This document shows positions 9,401 to 19,530 of a stretch of DNA of 64,000 bases, piece by piece. Below the pieces are notes generated by a model. It ran no database searches. It saw nothing but the letters and a program-made list of their open reading frames with translations, and was not told where the DNA came from. Origin of the DNA: a virus; UHGV virus genome UHGV-1353888. The stretch is one strand, 5' to 3'. The position numbers and the translations under genes were made by a program. The stretch's first letter is position 1; each line of letters opens with the position of its first letter.

Positions 9401-10675
9401 ATGGCTACTCCTACTAACCCCTCCGAAATCGCCGCAGGGGATACCATCATGGTAAATATGAGCAACCTCCTGAAAAAGGAGATGTTCAAAACTCAAGTCC
9501 GTATTTCTCCCTGGAACAGTCAGATGGTCCAGCAGATTGCGTGGGAAGACGGCGTGGGTGATACGGGCCGAGTCAACGTGTTCGGTGCGTCCTTCCTCCC
9601 GGCTCAGTGGAATCCGGTAACTCTCCAGTCCACCTCCTACGACCCTGGTCTCCAGGTGAACGAAGTTGGTTCTACGGAATACTCCTTCTCCCGCGACATC
9701 ACGATGCTGGCCTCTCAGAAGATTGACGTGACTCGTCTCCGTCAGTCCTGGCAAGCTCGTCAACAGGCTGTTGCCATCGCGGAAGGTCTTGCCTCCATGG
9801 TGGGTTACAACTGGTCTGTGCGTTACCGCGACAACTATTCCTCCTGCGCTACCTACAAGCTGGTGCTGACCGCTAACGGCATTGTTGGCCTGGACGCTAT
9901 TACGTCCGATATTACCTCCTTCCCGGAAGTCCAGCCCGAAGCGGCCCTGAACTCCGCGGTCATGGACATGGTTTACAACGATGTTCTCCAATTTGAAGGC
10001 GCGTTTGAATCTGCTGATGGTATGACCAATGGTGCTCCGGTGTTCACGGTTATGGCCTCTCGTAACACGATTGACTTCATTACCCGTGGCTCCGACGTTT
10101 CCCATAACGACTGGCGATGGGCTGAGGCAACCTACGGCGAAAAGTCCTTCCTCATGAACCAGCTTGGTGCAAAGAAGGCTTACAAGAACTTCATGTATGT
10201 TCTTGACTCTCTCGCCCCGCGTTACACCTTTGATGCCACGAAGCCCGCTGGCCAGAAGTGGATTCGCGTTGAACCCTATATCCTGGTCCCCACCACGAAC
10301 GGCACCCGTGCTATTCAGAACCCGGCTTACCGTGACGCTCCCTTCGAAGACACCATCGTGTTCGTGAAGGACGTGTTCAAGTCCATGGTGGTCAACCCGT
10401 ACACGGGCGATGACCGAGCCACGTTCAATCCGCAGACCTTCTCCGGTGAACTGGAATGGGTAAACAACCGAGACATGGATAAGAACTACCTTGGCACTCA
10501 GGGCCTGTTCATTGCTTCCCTGTCCAATGGTGTGATGCCCGTCAAGCCCCGTCATGGCGTTGTGATTCGTCACGTTCGCGCCCTGGCTAACGCTGAACTG
10601 GTGGACGCTAACGGCAATCCGATTGGCTCCCTGGCTTCCACGCCCGCTGTTGCTCTGACCGCTAACGGCCTGTAA
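9401..10675 (+). CDS. Putative major capsid protein
   Basis: 424 aa, following the scaffold-like gene. Codon usage is very different from its neighbours: GC3-rich (ctg/tcc/ggc/cgt), as in a highly expressed gene. It is flanked by strong terminators. Confidence 0.5.
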   Translation: MATPTNPSEIAAGDTIMVNMSNLLKKEMFKTQVRISPWNSQMVQQIAWEDGVGDTGRVNVFGASFLPAQWNPVTLQSTSYDPGLQVNEVGSTEYSFSRDITMLASQKIDVTRLRQSWQARQQAVAIAEGLASMVGYNWSVRYRDNYSSCATYKLVLTANGIVGLDAITSDITSFPEVQPEAALNSAVMDMVYNDVLQFEGAFESADGMTNGAPVFTVMASRNTIDFITRGSDVSHNDWRWAEATYGEKSFLMNQLGAKKAYKNFMYVLDSLAPRYTFDATKPAGQKWIRVEPYILVPTTNGTRAIQNPAYRDAPFEDTIVFVKDVFKSMVVNPYTGDDRATFNPQTFSGELEWVNNRDMDKNYLGTQGLFIASLSNGVMPVKPRHGVVIRHVRALANAELVDANGNPIGSLASTPAVALTANGL

Positions 10676-10682
10676 TCTAACC

Positions 10683-10726
10683 GGGGGTAGGGAATACACT
10701 TAGTATCCCTACCCCCATTCTCTTTT
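10683..10726 (+). terminator. Rho-independent terminator
   Basis: Inverted repeat GGGGGTAGGGA...TCCCTACCCCC followed by a T-rich tract. Confidence 0.6.
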
Positions 10727-10735
10727 AAGAACACA

Positions 10736-11002
10736 ATGAAGATTCCTTTTAATGTAGACAGCTTCCCGGATGCAAAGCCGGGTGACATCGTTGACCTCGT
10801 AGCCTCTGGTGTTGTGAGCGACGACGGGAAGGTCATCAAGATTACCTCCATTGAAGATACGGAGATTGACGAGGATGACGATGAAGAAGATGACGAGGAA
10901 GGCAAGGGCAAAGAAACCGAAGAAGTAACGGAAGAAACCGAAACGACTGGCTCCCCTGCTGACCTCTCTATGGCTATGGAACAATTCGCAAAACAGGCTT
11001 AA
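10736..11002 (+). CDS. Small highly acidic protein
   Basis: 88 aa with the run DEDDDEEDDEEGKGKETEEVTEETE. It lies between the capsid gene and the Ig-like proteins. Confidence 0.5.
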   Translation: MKIPFNVDSFPDAKPGDIVDLVASGVVSDDGKVIKITSIEDTEIDEDDDEEDDEEGKGKETEEVTEETETTGSPADLSMAMEQFAKQA

Positions 11003-11006
11003 CACC

Positions 11007-11615
11007 ATGTCAAATCAAGTTGTACCCCCTTATCCCAGTGAAGTAACAACCGTTACTCTCGCTCAAGCTCAGGCTGGAATTCAGATTGCGGTTAATCAAC
11101 CTGTTTCTATTACCGGGTTGACCGCCAATACCCGGTATCGAGTCACCTGTATTACCGACAAACACAGTACTATCAAAGTAGCTACCGATGGGTCCACTGT
11201 AGCCGATGGACAGATTAGCGGCATTCCCGCTTACATTTCTCCCGCCGCAACTACGGCCACCATTACTGTAACCACGTTCGCTACTACGGTCGCCACGTTA
11301 ACGGTGGAAGCCGCTCCTATTGCCGCCCCAACAGACGTAACCCTCCCCTCCCTTCTTACCCCCAATGTAAGGTATAAAGTCACTGGTGCCCCCGGTGCCA
11401 ACGTTCCTTTCATACTTTCTTTGAAGGCACCCACCATTGTCTCCCTTTTTGTGTCATACCTTTCCTCTGATGGGAGTGTGGTATTCAGGGATGTTGTCAT
11501 TGGTATGAATGAGTTACGAAATTTAACGAACCTCGGCAAGGGGGACATCCTCCTCTATGTTGATGGAGACAGTCAGGCCGAAGTGAATTTTTCCTTTACA
11601 CCTGCCGCTCCGTAA
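11007..11615 (+). CDS. FN3/Ig-like repeat protein (possible capsid decoration or fiber)
   Basis: Thr/Ala/Val-rich beta protein with FN3-like motifs (ITGLTANTRYRVT, TPNVRYKVTG). Paralogous to the next gene. Confidence 0.45.
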   Translation: MSNQVVPPYPSEVTTVTLAQAQAGIQIAVNQPVSITGLTANTRYRVTCITDKHSTIKVATDGSTVADGQISGIPAYISPAATTATITVTTFATTVATLTVEAAPIAAPTDVTLPSLLTPNVRYKVTGAPGANVPFILSLKAPTIVSLFVSYLSSDGSVVFRDVVIGMNELRNLTNLGKGDILLYVDGDSQAEVNFSFTPAAP

Positions 11616-11646
11616 TATACTATAACATCAATTCTTTTACTGAAAA

Positions 11647-12594
11647 ATGACTGCCATTCCTATTCCAGCTACTGACGTTACCCTCCAGGCGGGGGTAACG
11701 TATCAGCTTACAGGTCTTACGGCCTCCACAAAGTACACCCTAACAGTATCTTCGGACAAGTTCTGCGAAGTCCTGGTAACTACCGACGTTAACGAGAATC
11801 CTACCGTTCTTGCTCAGGGCCAGCTCTACAACGCTCCGTTTACTTTCACCGAACCTGCGGCTCAGACAACCGCTCGTATCACGGTATATGCCCCCACTGG
11901 TGCCAACCTGAAACTTACGGGCGCGGCCACCCCGGCAACTCCCGCCGCAGTTGAGCTGGTTTCCCCCGCTCTCCCTAATACGGCTTACAAGAAGACGGGA
12001 CTCACCGTAGGTAAAACCTACGTCGTACAGATTAGCGGGAACACCCCTAGCTGTGTTGGTCTTGGTTGGGAGGGAGGTACGGAACTCGAACCGCTCATTG
12101 CTACCAATGGCAAGGCTATTATTGTGGCCGAAGCTACCCAGCTAAATCTTTGGCTGGACAGTGCGGAATCTGCCACCATTACTGTAACGGAAGCCACGTC
12201 TCTTCCCCCGTGTTATATCCCAACCGTAACCGTTGATTTAGCTGAGGCCACCAAGGTAGTATCCCTGCCCGCTGGCTCCCCTGCTGGATTATACAGGGTG
12301 GATATTTCTGTGGATGATAAATCCGCAACGGCTCATGACTCCACCATTACCGCAACTCCTACAAATTCTATCTTATTGAATTCTGTATTGGGCTATGCTG
12401 ACGCAGGGGACTACATGGCTCCTTCCACTCTTGCCGCTGGAGTAATTTCTGGAGTGAGCGACATGAAGGGTAGCCTCGTTATTACCTCTCCGTATCAAGC
12501 CCAGGCAACTACGGTACTCACCTATAAGCCTGCAACGGGTGCAACAGGTTGGAGTGGCAAGGCGGTTCTCTCGTACCTCGGTCCGATTTCCTAA
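11647..12594 (+). CDS. FN3/Ig-like repeat protein, paralog of 11007-11615
   Basis: Shares the N-terminal pattern TDVTLQAG...LTGLTASTKYTLT with the previous gene and has a second GLTVGKTYVVQI motif. Confidence 0.45.
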   Translation: MTAIPIPATDVTLQAGVTYQLTGLTASTKYTLTVSSDKFCEVLVTTDVNENPTVLAQGQLYNAPFTFTEPAAQTTARITVYAPTGANLKLTGAATPATPAAVELVSPALPNTAYKKTGLTVGKTYVVQISGNTPSCVGLGWEGGTELEPLIATNGKAIIVAEATQLNLWLDSAESATITVTEATSLPPCYIPTVTVDLAEATKVVSLPAGSPAGLYRVDISVDDKSATAHDSTITATPTNSILLNSVLGYADAGDYMAPSTLAAGVISGVSDMKGSLVITSPYQAQATTVLTYKPATGATGWSGKAVLSYLGPIS

Positions 12595-12605
12595 AACAAA
12601 AAAAA

Positions 12606-12640
12606 GGGTAGGAGCTAACCCCTCCTACCCTAAACCTTTC
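12606..12640 (+). terminator. Rho-independent terminator
   Basis: AAAAAAAAGGGTAGGAG ctaacc CCTCCTACCC hairpin. Confidence 0.5.
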
Positions 12641-12650
12641 TCAAAAATCT

Positions 12651-14540
12651 ATGGCATTTACGATTCAACCTTACACCCTAGGGAGTTCTATTACGCCGAA
12701 TACGACATATAGCCTCCCCTCGCTGACACATTCTGCCGCGGCCCTAACTTCTACATATCCGAAGGTAGTCCTTGAAGTGGTTACAAAGGCCCCCGCTGAC
12801 GAAGCGTGGAGCAACATTCTACCTGCTGATTATCTCGTTCAGGGAGAAGTCATCCGTACTATGCTCGACTTCACCGCAGGTACTTCTCAAATGTTATATT
12901 TCCGAGTCCCCGTTACTGACCCTGCTGTTAAGTACGCCACCACAAAGCTCGATACGCTCGGCTTCAACTATCCGAACGTAGGGGAAATTAAGACCTATGT
13001 GGACGCTTCGGGCGCAACGAGCGGGTACTGGGATATTACCTCCCTCGTAGAAAAGGGAAGCGTTCATACTCTCAGCGTGGTACAGGCCAACCTCGGCGTA
13101 TCAGACCCAAACATTACCCAACCTGTCATCAATATCCTCGGTGTAGGTTCTGACTCGAATGTCCGTTCAGTAATGAGAGAGGGTCAGCAAGGCCCCGCTC
13201 AGTTTCCCTTCCTCCCTGATAGCCTGAGAACGGTGGTTCATCTATCTGCTCCGGAGGGATTTACTTATAAGTTTACTGTTCAGAAGGTAAATTTTGGTGG
13301 AGCATCTGGCGGTAGCTTCGACCCCACGCAAGATGCTGATATTACTGGGACTTGGAGTTTCAGTAACGTATCGGGGTTGACTATGAAGGATGAAGCGCAG
13401 ATTCTTCTTGGACAAGGAGAAAATGCTCTTAAAATCCACGGCACAGGTGCAGGCAAGGCAGTAATCGAAGGTGGTAATGCAACTAATCTGGATGTAGCTA
13501 TACCTACTAATTTTCAGTATGCTATAACCGCACACGAGACAGTTACCTTTGATAGTCATACGATTTCTACGCATAAAGATATTCTAAATTTTGTTGGGCC
13601 TAGCCTGACAATGAGAGTAGCTCAAAGCGCAGATGGGAATATTCACATCGGTCCAAACACTGGGGGAGGTTTAAGTATCGGCTCTGGTGGTGCTTGTGCT
13701 TTTTCCAACCACGTCTATTTTGCAGGCTCTTCGTTTAGTAGTGCTGTAACCATGGCACGCACGCTCACTGTTGCAGATTTGTCTACCTTTAATAAAGGTG
13801 TAGCTATTCCTTCTACAGGGCTTGCTTACTTCGGAACTAGAGTAAACCTCTCTGGCACAGAAGAGGGTGATTTCGTAATCAATGGTGAACCCGGAAGGGA
13901 GTTCGTTACAAATCTTGTTTTTACCAAGAGAGTCTCTCCAGACCAAGTTACGAAGATTTTCGATATTACCCACACGACAGTAGATAGATATGGGTGTTAT
14001 CTACAGTATACCAGCAACAATGGTTATCTTCAGTTCTACAATAAGTATAACTTAGGAAGTGTTCCCGATAACCTTGTATTTACTATGGAACCGTTAGGCC
14101 AGCTTACTTTCAAAAAGCAAATTACCTTTGCTGGCCCCACCTCTTTCACTAATGCTGTCACCTTTGGTAACACCATTACTGTTGCTGGGCTGGCTACGCT
14201 TAGTGGTCATGTAAAAATCAAAGGTCACATTGGTTTGGGAGCTACAGATGGTTCTCCAGAAATCAATATCACCCCTAAATCTCCGAACCAACTTACTCTA
14301 TTAGGGGACCAAGGGGCACATATTGACATCTATACTCCTCCTGAATCCAGTGGCGGTGCTCCCCTGATGGCTAAGGATAAACTTCTTACCCAGGGGGAGT
14401 GTGACGCTAGATATGTCTTGTTCGTTCAGACTACTCAAGCAGACTATGATGGACTTGCTGTGAAGAACCCCGGCACCATCTACCACACTCAGGACACTGG
14501 GATATTCTACATTGGAGACAAACAACTTACCACCGCTTAA
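12651..14540 (+). CDS. Structural beta-rich protein (tail fiber or appendage-like)
   Basis: 629-aa protein rich in Gly/Thr/Ser/Asn, with beta-helix or fiber-like composition, in the structural block. Confidence 0.4.
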   Translation: MAFTIQPYTLGSSITPNTTYSLPSLTHSAAALTSTYPKVVLEVVTKAPADEAWSNILPADYLVQGEVIRTMLDFTAGTSQMLYFRVPVTDPAVKYATTKLDTLGFNYPNVGEIKTYVDASGATSGYWDITSLVEKGSVHTLSVVQANLGVSDPNITQPVINILGVGSDSNVRSVMREGQQGPAQFPFLPDSLRTVVHLSAPEGFTYKFTVQKVNFGGASGGSFDPTQDADITGTWSFSNVSGLTMKDEAQILLGQGENALKIHGTGAGKAVIEGGNATNLDVAIPTNFQYAITAHETVTFDSHTISTHKDILNFVGPSLTMRVAQSADGNIHIGPNTGGGLSIGSGGACAFSNHVYFAGSSFSSAVTMARTLTVADLSTFNKGVAIPSTGLAYFGTRVNLSGTEEGDFVINGEPGREFVTNLVFTKRVSPDQVTKIFDITHTTVDRYGCYLQYTSNNGYLQFYNKYNLGSVPDNLVFTMEPLGQLTFKKQITFAGPTSFTNAVTFGNTITVAGLATLSGHVKIKGHIGLGATDGSPEINITPKSPNQLTLLGDQGAHIDIYTPPESSGGAPLMAKDKLLTQGECDARYVLFVQTTQADYDGLAVKNPGTIYHTQDTGIFYIGDKQLTTA

Positions 14541-14550
14541 TTAACACGCC

Positions 14551-14925
14551 ATGTTTATTCACATCGTTTACAACAACACCGTAAAGGAAGAATTCAAGCC
14601 CTTCGAAGGGACCATCTCTTTTATCGGCCCCAAGGCTGATGAATGGACTTATCCCTCCACAATGAAACTGGATGAACTCCCGGAACCGCAGAAGTCCGTA
14701 TATACCGGGATTGCTCAGGCCATTCAGGGCGACAAGCAACCTTGGGTGGCTTCCCAAATTCACGCTTTCCCCGCTAAGAAGGATGGCAAGAATGCGGTGA
14801 GGCTACATCTTGAAGCCATTCACGATGAAACGAAAGCTATCCGTACTTTCACGGATGAAGATAATCCCGACCTGCTTATTGTAGGTGATGAAGCTTTCGC
14901 GTTCTTTGACTACTTCAAAAAGTAA
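14551..14925 (+). CDS. Hypothetical protein
   Basis: 124-aa ORF closely spaced in the structural block. Confidence 0.4.
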   Translation: MFIHIVYNNTVKEEFKPFEGTISFIGPKADEWTYPSTMKLDELPEPQKSVYTGIAQAIQGDKQPWVASQIHAFPAKKDGKNAVRLHLEAIHDETKAIRTFTDEDNPDLLIVGDEAFAFFDYFKK

Positions 14926-15003
14926 AGGCTATGAAGAAAGGTAAAGGAAAAGGTAAAGGAAAAGGTAAGGGTTGCGGTAAGTAATCCGACCTTATAAAAA
15001 TTC

Positions 15004-15046
15004 AGCAACCCCGCTTTGTATGACACAGAGCGGGGTTGCTTTTTAT
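15004..15046 (+). terminator. Hairpin terminator with the TTGTATGACACA motif in its loop
   Basis: Perfect 12-bp stem AGCAACCCCGCT/AGCGGGGTTGCT with loop TTGTATGACACAG, then TTTTT. Confidence 0.55.
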
Positions 15047-15069
15047 CTATATTGCATTATCCTCAAACC

Positions 15070-15711
15070 ATGTCCGAACTAATTGATGTAATCGAACAAA
15101 GTGTAGAAATGTGGACTCCACCCCCTCTGCTTGAACAGCAACTTGAGTTAGCCGCAAGGGCTGGACGAGTATGTTACCAAAGTGAAGGTAAAACCCCCAA
15201 GGAAGAATTTTTACGCCGCATTATTAAGATGGGACATGAGAGCGTACTTGAACACGCTTCCGTCACTTTCTCTATCATCACGAACAGGGCAGTAACTCAC
15301 CAGCTTGTTCGCCATCGTATCGGAGTAGCGTATAGCCAGGAAAGCCAGCGTTACTGCAACTACCAAGGAAAGCTACAGATTATTCGTCCCGCTGAATACA
15401 TGGACAAGAATGCCTATATGGATTGGGAATATTCCATGAAGACGTGCGCTCAAACCTATAATTGGCTGGTATGCAAGGACAATGAGTTCCGAGTTAAGCC
15501 GGAGGTAGCCCGCGGTGTTCTCCCCAACGATACCAAAACACAGATTGTCGTGACCTTCAACATCCGTTCACTTCGTCACTTCCTAACTCTCCGTCTGGAT
15601 ACTCATGCCCAGCACGCCATCCGGGACATCGCCAGTAAAATCTACAAGCTAATAGACTTGCATGGCTTTGGTTATCTGCTCGAAGGAATTAACACCAAGG
15701 GATTAATCTAA
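15070..15711 (+). CDS. thyX: FAD-dependent thymidylate synthase ThyX
   Basis: ThyX signature RHRIGVAYSQESQRY plus conserved HESVLEHAS. The start is set at ATG 15070 because the track start is a TTG inside the hairpin. Confidence 0.75.
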   Translation: MSELIDVIEQSVEMWTPPPLLEQQLELAARAGRVCYQSEGKTPKEEFLRRIIKMGHESVLEHASVTFSIITNRAVTHQLVRHRIGVAYSQESQRYCNYQGKLQIIRPAEYMDKNAYMDWEYSMKTCAQTYNWLVCKDNEFRVKPEVARGVLPNDTKTQIVVTFNIRSLRHFLTLRLDTHAQHAIRDIASKIYKLIDLHGFGYLLEGINTKGLI

Positions 15712-16433
15712 TGAAGAAAGAACAACACACAGTAAAGCTCGTCGCCGAACTACAGAAGGCATACGATTACTTTAATGAACACCTTTTCAAGGACGAACTC
15801 CCTGATTGCATCATGGGGTTGTGCAATGCAAATAAAAGAACCTTGGGGTATTACCACCGTAGTCAATACCTGACTACGGAAGGAGCTATCAAAGTAGATA
15901 AGATTTCCCTAAACCCATCATACTTTGTATCCCAAGGTGTTAAAAAAGTCATGGGGACTCTCGTCCATGAGATGTGCCACCTTTGGCGTGAACGAATGTG
16001 TGACAAGCCATCTCGTGGTGGGTATCATGACCGTAAGTGGGGAAGCAAGATGAAAGAGGTGGGGTTGTACCCTTCCAATACCGGGGAAGAAGGTGGAAAA
16101 GAAACAGGGAATCAGATGACCCACTACATTATTGTGGATGGACCATTCGATAAATTCTTCAAGAAGCTTAAGGAAGAGCACAATATAACTCTTCCCTATA
16201 TTCATAAGACCCAACTGGGGTTTCTAGGAGGAGTCAACAATCCCATGCTCAAAGAGAATCCTGAACTTCTGGAAGCTATTGAAAGGGAAAATCCTTTTGG
16301 AAGCATCTCCAAGAACCGTTCCAACCGGGTCAAGTACATTTGCCCTGTATGCAACTCCAAAGTATGGGGAAAGAAAGAGCTCTATATTGTATGTGGGGCC
16401 TGCAAAGTAACTATGGACCCGGATGATAATTAG
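15711..16433 (+). CDS. SprT-like zinc metallopeptidase-domain protein
   Basis: Motif LVHEMCHLW (HExxH in SprT context) plus a C-terminal Zn-ribbon, CPVCNSKVWG...CGACK. Confidence 0.6.
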   Translation: MKKEQHTVKLVAELQKAYDYFNEHLFKDELPDCIMGLCNANKRTLGYYHRSQYLTTEGAIKVDKISLNPSYFVSQGVKKVMGTLVHEMCHLWRERMCDKPSRGGYHDRKWGSKMKEVGLYPSNTGEEGGKETGNQMTHYIIVDGPFDKFFKKLKEEHNITLPYIHKTQLGFLGGVNNPMLKENPELLEAIERENPFGSISKNRSNRVKYICPVCNSKVWGKKELYIVCGACKVTMDPDDN

Positions 16434-16470
16434 CATTGACACGCACATAACCATATACTAAACTACATAG

Positions 16471-16848
16471 ATGGAAAACGAAAATCAAAAGAGCCTTGCC
16501 GAAACTCTGTATTACGCCGCTGGCAACACCTCTCCCTATGATAAAGCAACCTATGAACAACAGCGTCCCTTCATTCATCAAGCTACCTATATTCATGCCC
16601 ATAAGGATGAAATTGCCGCAGAAGTTCTCGGTGAAACTATCTCCCGATTTGGAGCCAACAACAAAGTAGTTGAAGTGGTAAAGGGCATTATCATTGCTGG
16701 GCTTGGTGTAGCCGCGGCTCTCGGATTACAGGGTTGCACTACTACCTCTTTTTCCTATGATGCTGATACCGGACTTTTCTCTGTGTATGGCTCTAGCCAG
16801 GAAGTAGAACAGACGGATGTTCCTCCGGCTGTCCAGGAATCCCATTAA
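16471..16848 (+). CDS. Hypothetical protein
   Basis: 125-aa ORF with a hydrophobic Gly/Ala stretch (IIIAGLGVAAALGL). Confidence 0.4.
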   Translation: MENENQKSLAETLYYAAGNTSPYDKATYEQQRPFIHQATYIHAHKDEIAAEVLGETISRFGANNKVVEVVKGIIIAGLGVAAALGLQGCTTTSFSYDADTGLFSVYGSSQEVEQTDVPPAVQESH

Positions 16849-16849
16849 C

Positions 16850-17881
16850 ATGTTAGAGGACAAACAACCACTTAGCGAGAGGACGGGGGAAGTTATTCCC
16901 CCTCCTCTTCCTGCCCTCCCACCTCTTCCTGAATTAAATACAGAGGGGATAAATTGGCCTGGAATTCAATCCCCGTTCTACGGGAATGAAGGAATCCAGA
17001 CCGAACCCCCTTTTATTGATTCTTACATTCCATCCCTCCGTAATAATCCGGGGCATTACTTCCAGGTATTTTATGACCCCGAGGAAGATGGAACATGGCC
17101 CCAACTTCGTTTTACTCAGGGACTTATCATTGATGGGAACGAAAAATTCACCATAGGTTCTCAGCCATATAGTAGCCCCAGGGGGAACCCTGTAACAGGA
17201 AGATCTTCTGGTTCAAACCCTTCCAATAAAAAAGTTTGGCTAAACGTACTAAGTGACCGAAGTGCTTCTACTGTAAGTCTGGACGAAGACACAAGCTCCG
17301 ACTATAGCTTTGAGATTGCAAGGATTGATGACAACGGAAATATCCAACAGCTTCATGATGGTGCTCTCGTTATTGGCGGTGGCGGTGGTTCTTTCCCATT
17401 CCGAGTAACTACCCGCCGCCAGCAGAATCCCGTCACTCAGGCTTGGGAAACATTTGCTGTAGTAGATAAGGGGGGATTCCGGGATACTAAGAGGACTACT
17501 GTTCCGCTCACCCAGTTTGGGACTACGGGGAAGGTAGAAATACCTATCGTTACTACCGGAACTTTACCTGTCCAACTGGAATGGAATTACACATGGCCCT
17601 ATGCTCCCATTACGGGCGCAACGGTCGTTGTGGACGATTCGCCCTGGGATGGCAAAACGGTCGTTACGCCCATTACGAGCGGTACGATAACCGGGAAAAG
17701 CAAATGTGTTCTGGCCCTGCTCGAAGTAACCGCTAACCCGCAAGGTGGATTTGATGCCACTGTTAAATCCCAGCTCGTAACCACGGGCCTCAGAGCGATG
17801 TGGTATTCTGCTTACGTGGATGACATCTCTGGCCAGATGGGACAGTATGCAGAAGCTTCAATAACTAATCCAGATGCCTAG
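16850..17881 (+). CDS. Structural protein, function unknown
   Basis: The ATG at 16850 sits directly after the upstream TAA. Pro-rich N-terminus and a Gly/Thr-rich beta region. Confidence 0.4.
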   Translation: MLEDKQPLSERTGEVIPPPLPALPPLPELNTEGINWPGIQSPFYGNEGIQTEPPFIDSYIPSLRNNPGHYFQVFYDPEEDGTWPQLRFTQGLIIDGNEKFTIGSQPYSSPRGNPVTGRSSGSNPSNKKVWLNVLSDRSASTVSLDEDTSSDYSFEIARIDDNGNIQQLHDGALVIGGGGGSFPFRVTTRRQQNPVTQAWETFAVVDKGGFRDTKRTTVPLTQFGTTGKVEIPIVTTGTLPVQLEWNYTWPYAPITGATVVVDDSPWDGKTVVTPITSGTITGKSKCVLALLEVTANPQGGFDATVKSQLVTTGLRAMWYSAYVDDISGQMGQYAEASITNPDA

Positions 17882-18689
17882 TCTATTAACCTTTCCTGAA
17901 CCCATTGAGGGAAACTCTGGCAATGGGATTCTTTCCAAATGGTATAATCAGTATGCCTCTCCCCTAACCCCCGACAACTGGCTATGGTATAATACTGGTG
18001 GTCCTACGCTTGAAGGAATGCCTACCCCAGGGGGGATGGCTTGCTCAATTCAGCAAGGAGCCATGTATAGGCCGGGTGTGAGGTGTTCCAACATAGTAGA
18101 TGCTTGGAAGATATACAACGCTTTGGGGAATATTAACACACCTGCTCTCGCCGCATCTACTGGTTCTACAGGATGGAAGACCAATATTAACGCGGAGAAA
18201 AGACAAAGAATTTTTAATCCTCGTGTTTGGAGTGTGTGGAATCCCGGCTCTCCCCAGCACGTCATGGCAGGATACGAAATCCCCACTTGGCCTGTTGGGT
18301 TTCCCCCGGGTGTAACAGGGGACCTAGCCGCTACTCTTGAATCAGACCAGACAGTCGTGCGCTACAACCTGCTTGGCCCCTGGTACATTGAGAAAGATAC
18401 AGGTGCAGTATATCTTGATTTTACCATATCCCTTGGGGGAACCTATGTTCGAAGCATTGGAGGACAACGTCAAACCCTTCTCATTAAGGCCAAGATGGGA
18501 AAGACACAATATGTCAGGTCCGGAACAAACCCATCTGCCGTAAGGAATATTACATGGAGTACTACCATAGCTGGTATTCCAGTAGATTGCCTCGCTACAT
18601 ATTGGTGTTGGAGCCCTATTACTGTCCCAGTACCCTTACTCACTGTTGTTGAGAATTGGTTTAAAGGTATTCAATTCGATTCATTATGA
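17874..18689 (+). CDS. Hypothetical protein
   Basis: 271 aa, overlapping the upstream stop (ATGCCTAG). Confidence 0.4.
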   Translation: MPSLLTFPEPIEGNSGNGILSKWYNQYASPLTPDNWLWYNTGGPTLEGMPTPGGMACSIQQGAMYRPGVRCSNIVDAWKIYNALGNINTPALAASTGSTGWKTNINAEKRQRIFNPRVWSVWNPGSPQHVMAGYEIPTWPVGFPPGVTGDLAATLESDQTVVRYNLLGPWYIEKDTGAVYLDFTISLGGTYVRSIGGQRQTLLIKAKMGKTQYVRSGTNPSAVRNITWSTTIAGIPVDCLATYWCWSPITVPVPLLTVVENWFKGIQFDSL

Positions 18690-19417
18690 CACAACCTGCT
18701 CTTGTAAATCCAGACGAAACAGATACAGTAAAACGCATGGAAACGAAAAGCACCGAGGATTGGCTCGATGGAGACTTCAAAGTATTTGTCCTCGTGGAGT
18801 CTTACATAACACCGCTCTACCCCTCAAGGGACGTGGACCTGCTCCACCTCAGTATTAACTATCTTAGGAATATTGGTGTAAAGCAGGAGGATATTGTTAT
18901 TGTTGGGGACGAACCACAAGCCCTCGCATATGGTGAGCAGTATGGAATGAAGACCTATAATACTTTGGAATATGATAGGACCAAGCGTAATTTGGAACCT
19001 ATGGAACGAGCCTATGCGAAGCATGGGGAAGGGAAGAACCTTATTCTCCTCGCTAGGCCTTCCATATGTCCCTACCGGGAACATAACTTTCTTCGTCAGT
19101 TCCAGAATGAAGTATTAGCTAATCCGGATAGCCAGTGCGTCTCCTTCGTGATGGACCCCTATCGTAAGAAAGATACCTACACGGGAGTTATGGGGTTCAA
19201 TAAGAAGATGTTGAAGGAGTACTCTCTGGACAATCTTCTGATGGGAATCATCCCTGAAAGAAATGTATACCATAACCTGTTCTGCTCATACCGTATTATA
19301 ACCCCTGACCAGCTTGGGAATGAAGATGTCATCAGAGCCATGACCAATCACGCCTACAATCTTAACATCTATGAATCTCCAGTACCCCTTAACTATTCTT
19401 ACAGCATTCCTCTCTAA
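18686..19417 (+). CDS. Hypothetical protein
   Basis: 243 aa, with an ATGA overlap onto the upstream gene. Confidence 0.4.
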   Translation: MTQPALVNPDETDTVKRMETKSTEDWLDGDFKVFVLVESYITPLYPSRDVDLLHLSINYLRNIGVKQEDIVIVGDEPQALAYGEQYGMKTYNTLEYDRTKRNLEPMERAYAKHGEGKNLILLARPSICPYREHNFLRQFQNEVLANPDSQCVSFVMDPYRKKDTYTGVMGFNKKMLKEYSLDNLLMGIIPERNVYHNLFCSYRIITPDQLGNEDVIRAMTNHAYNLNIYESPVPLNYSYSIPL

Positions 19418-19530
19418 GGACATATTGGATGTAGCAGAAAATCTGAGAGAGTATATTCAAAACCAACCCACTAGAAGTTATTCCTATTACCGGGAACAGT
19501 GGGAGGAAAGTATCAAACAAAAGGAAAACT

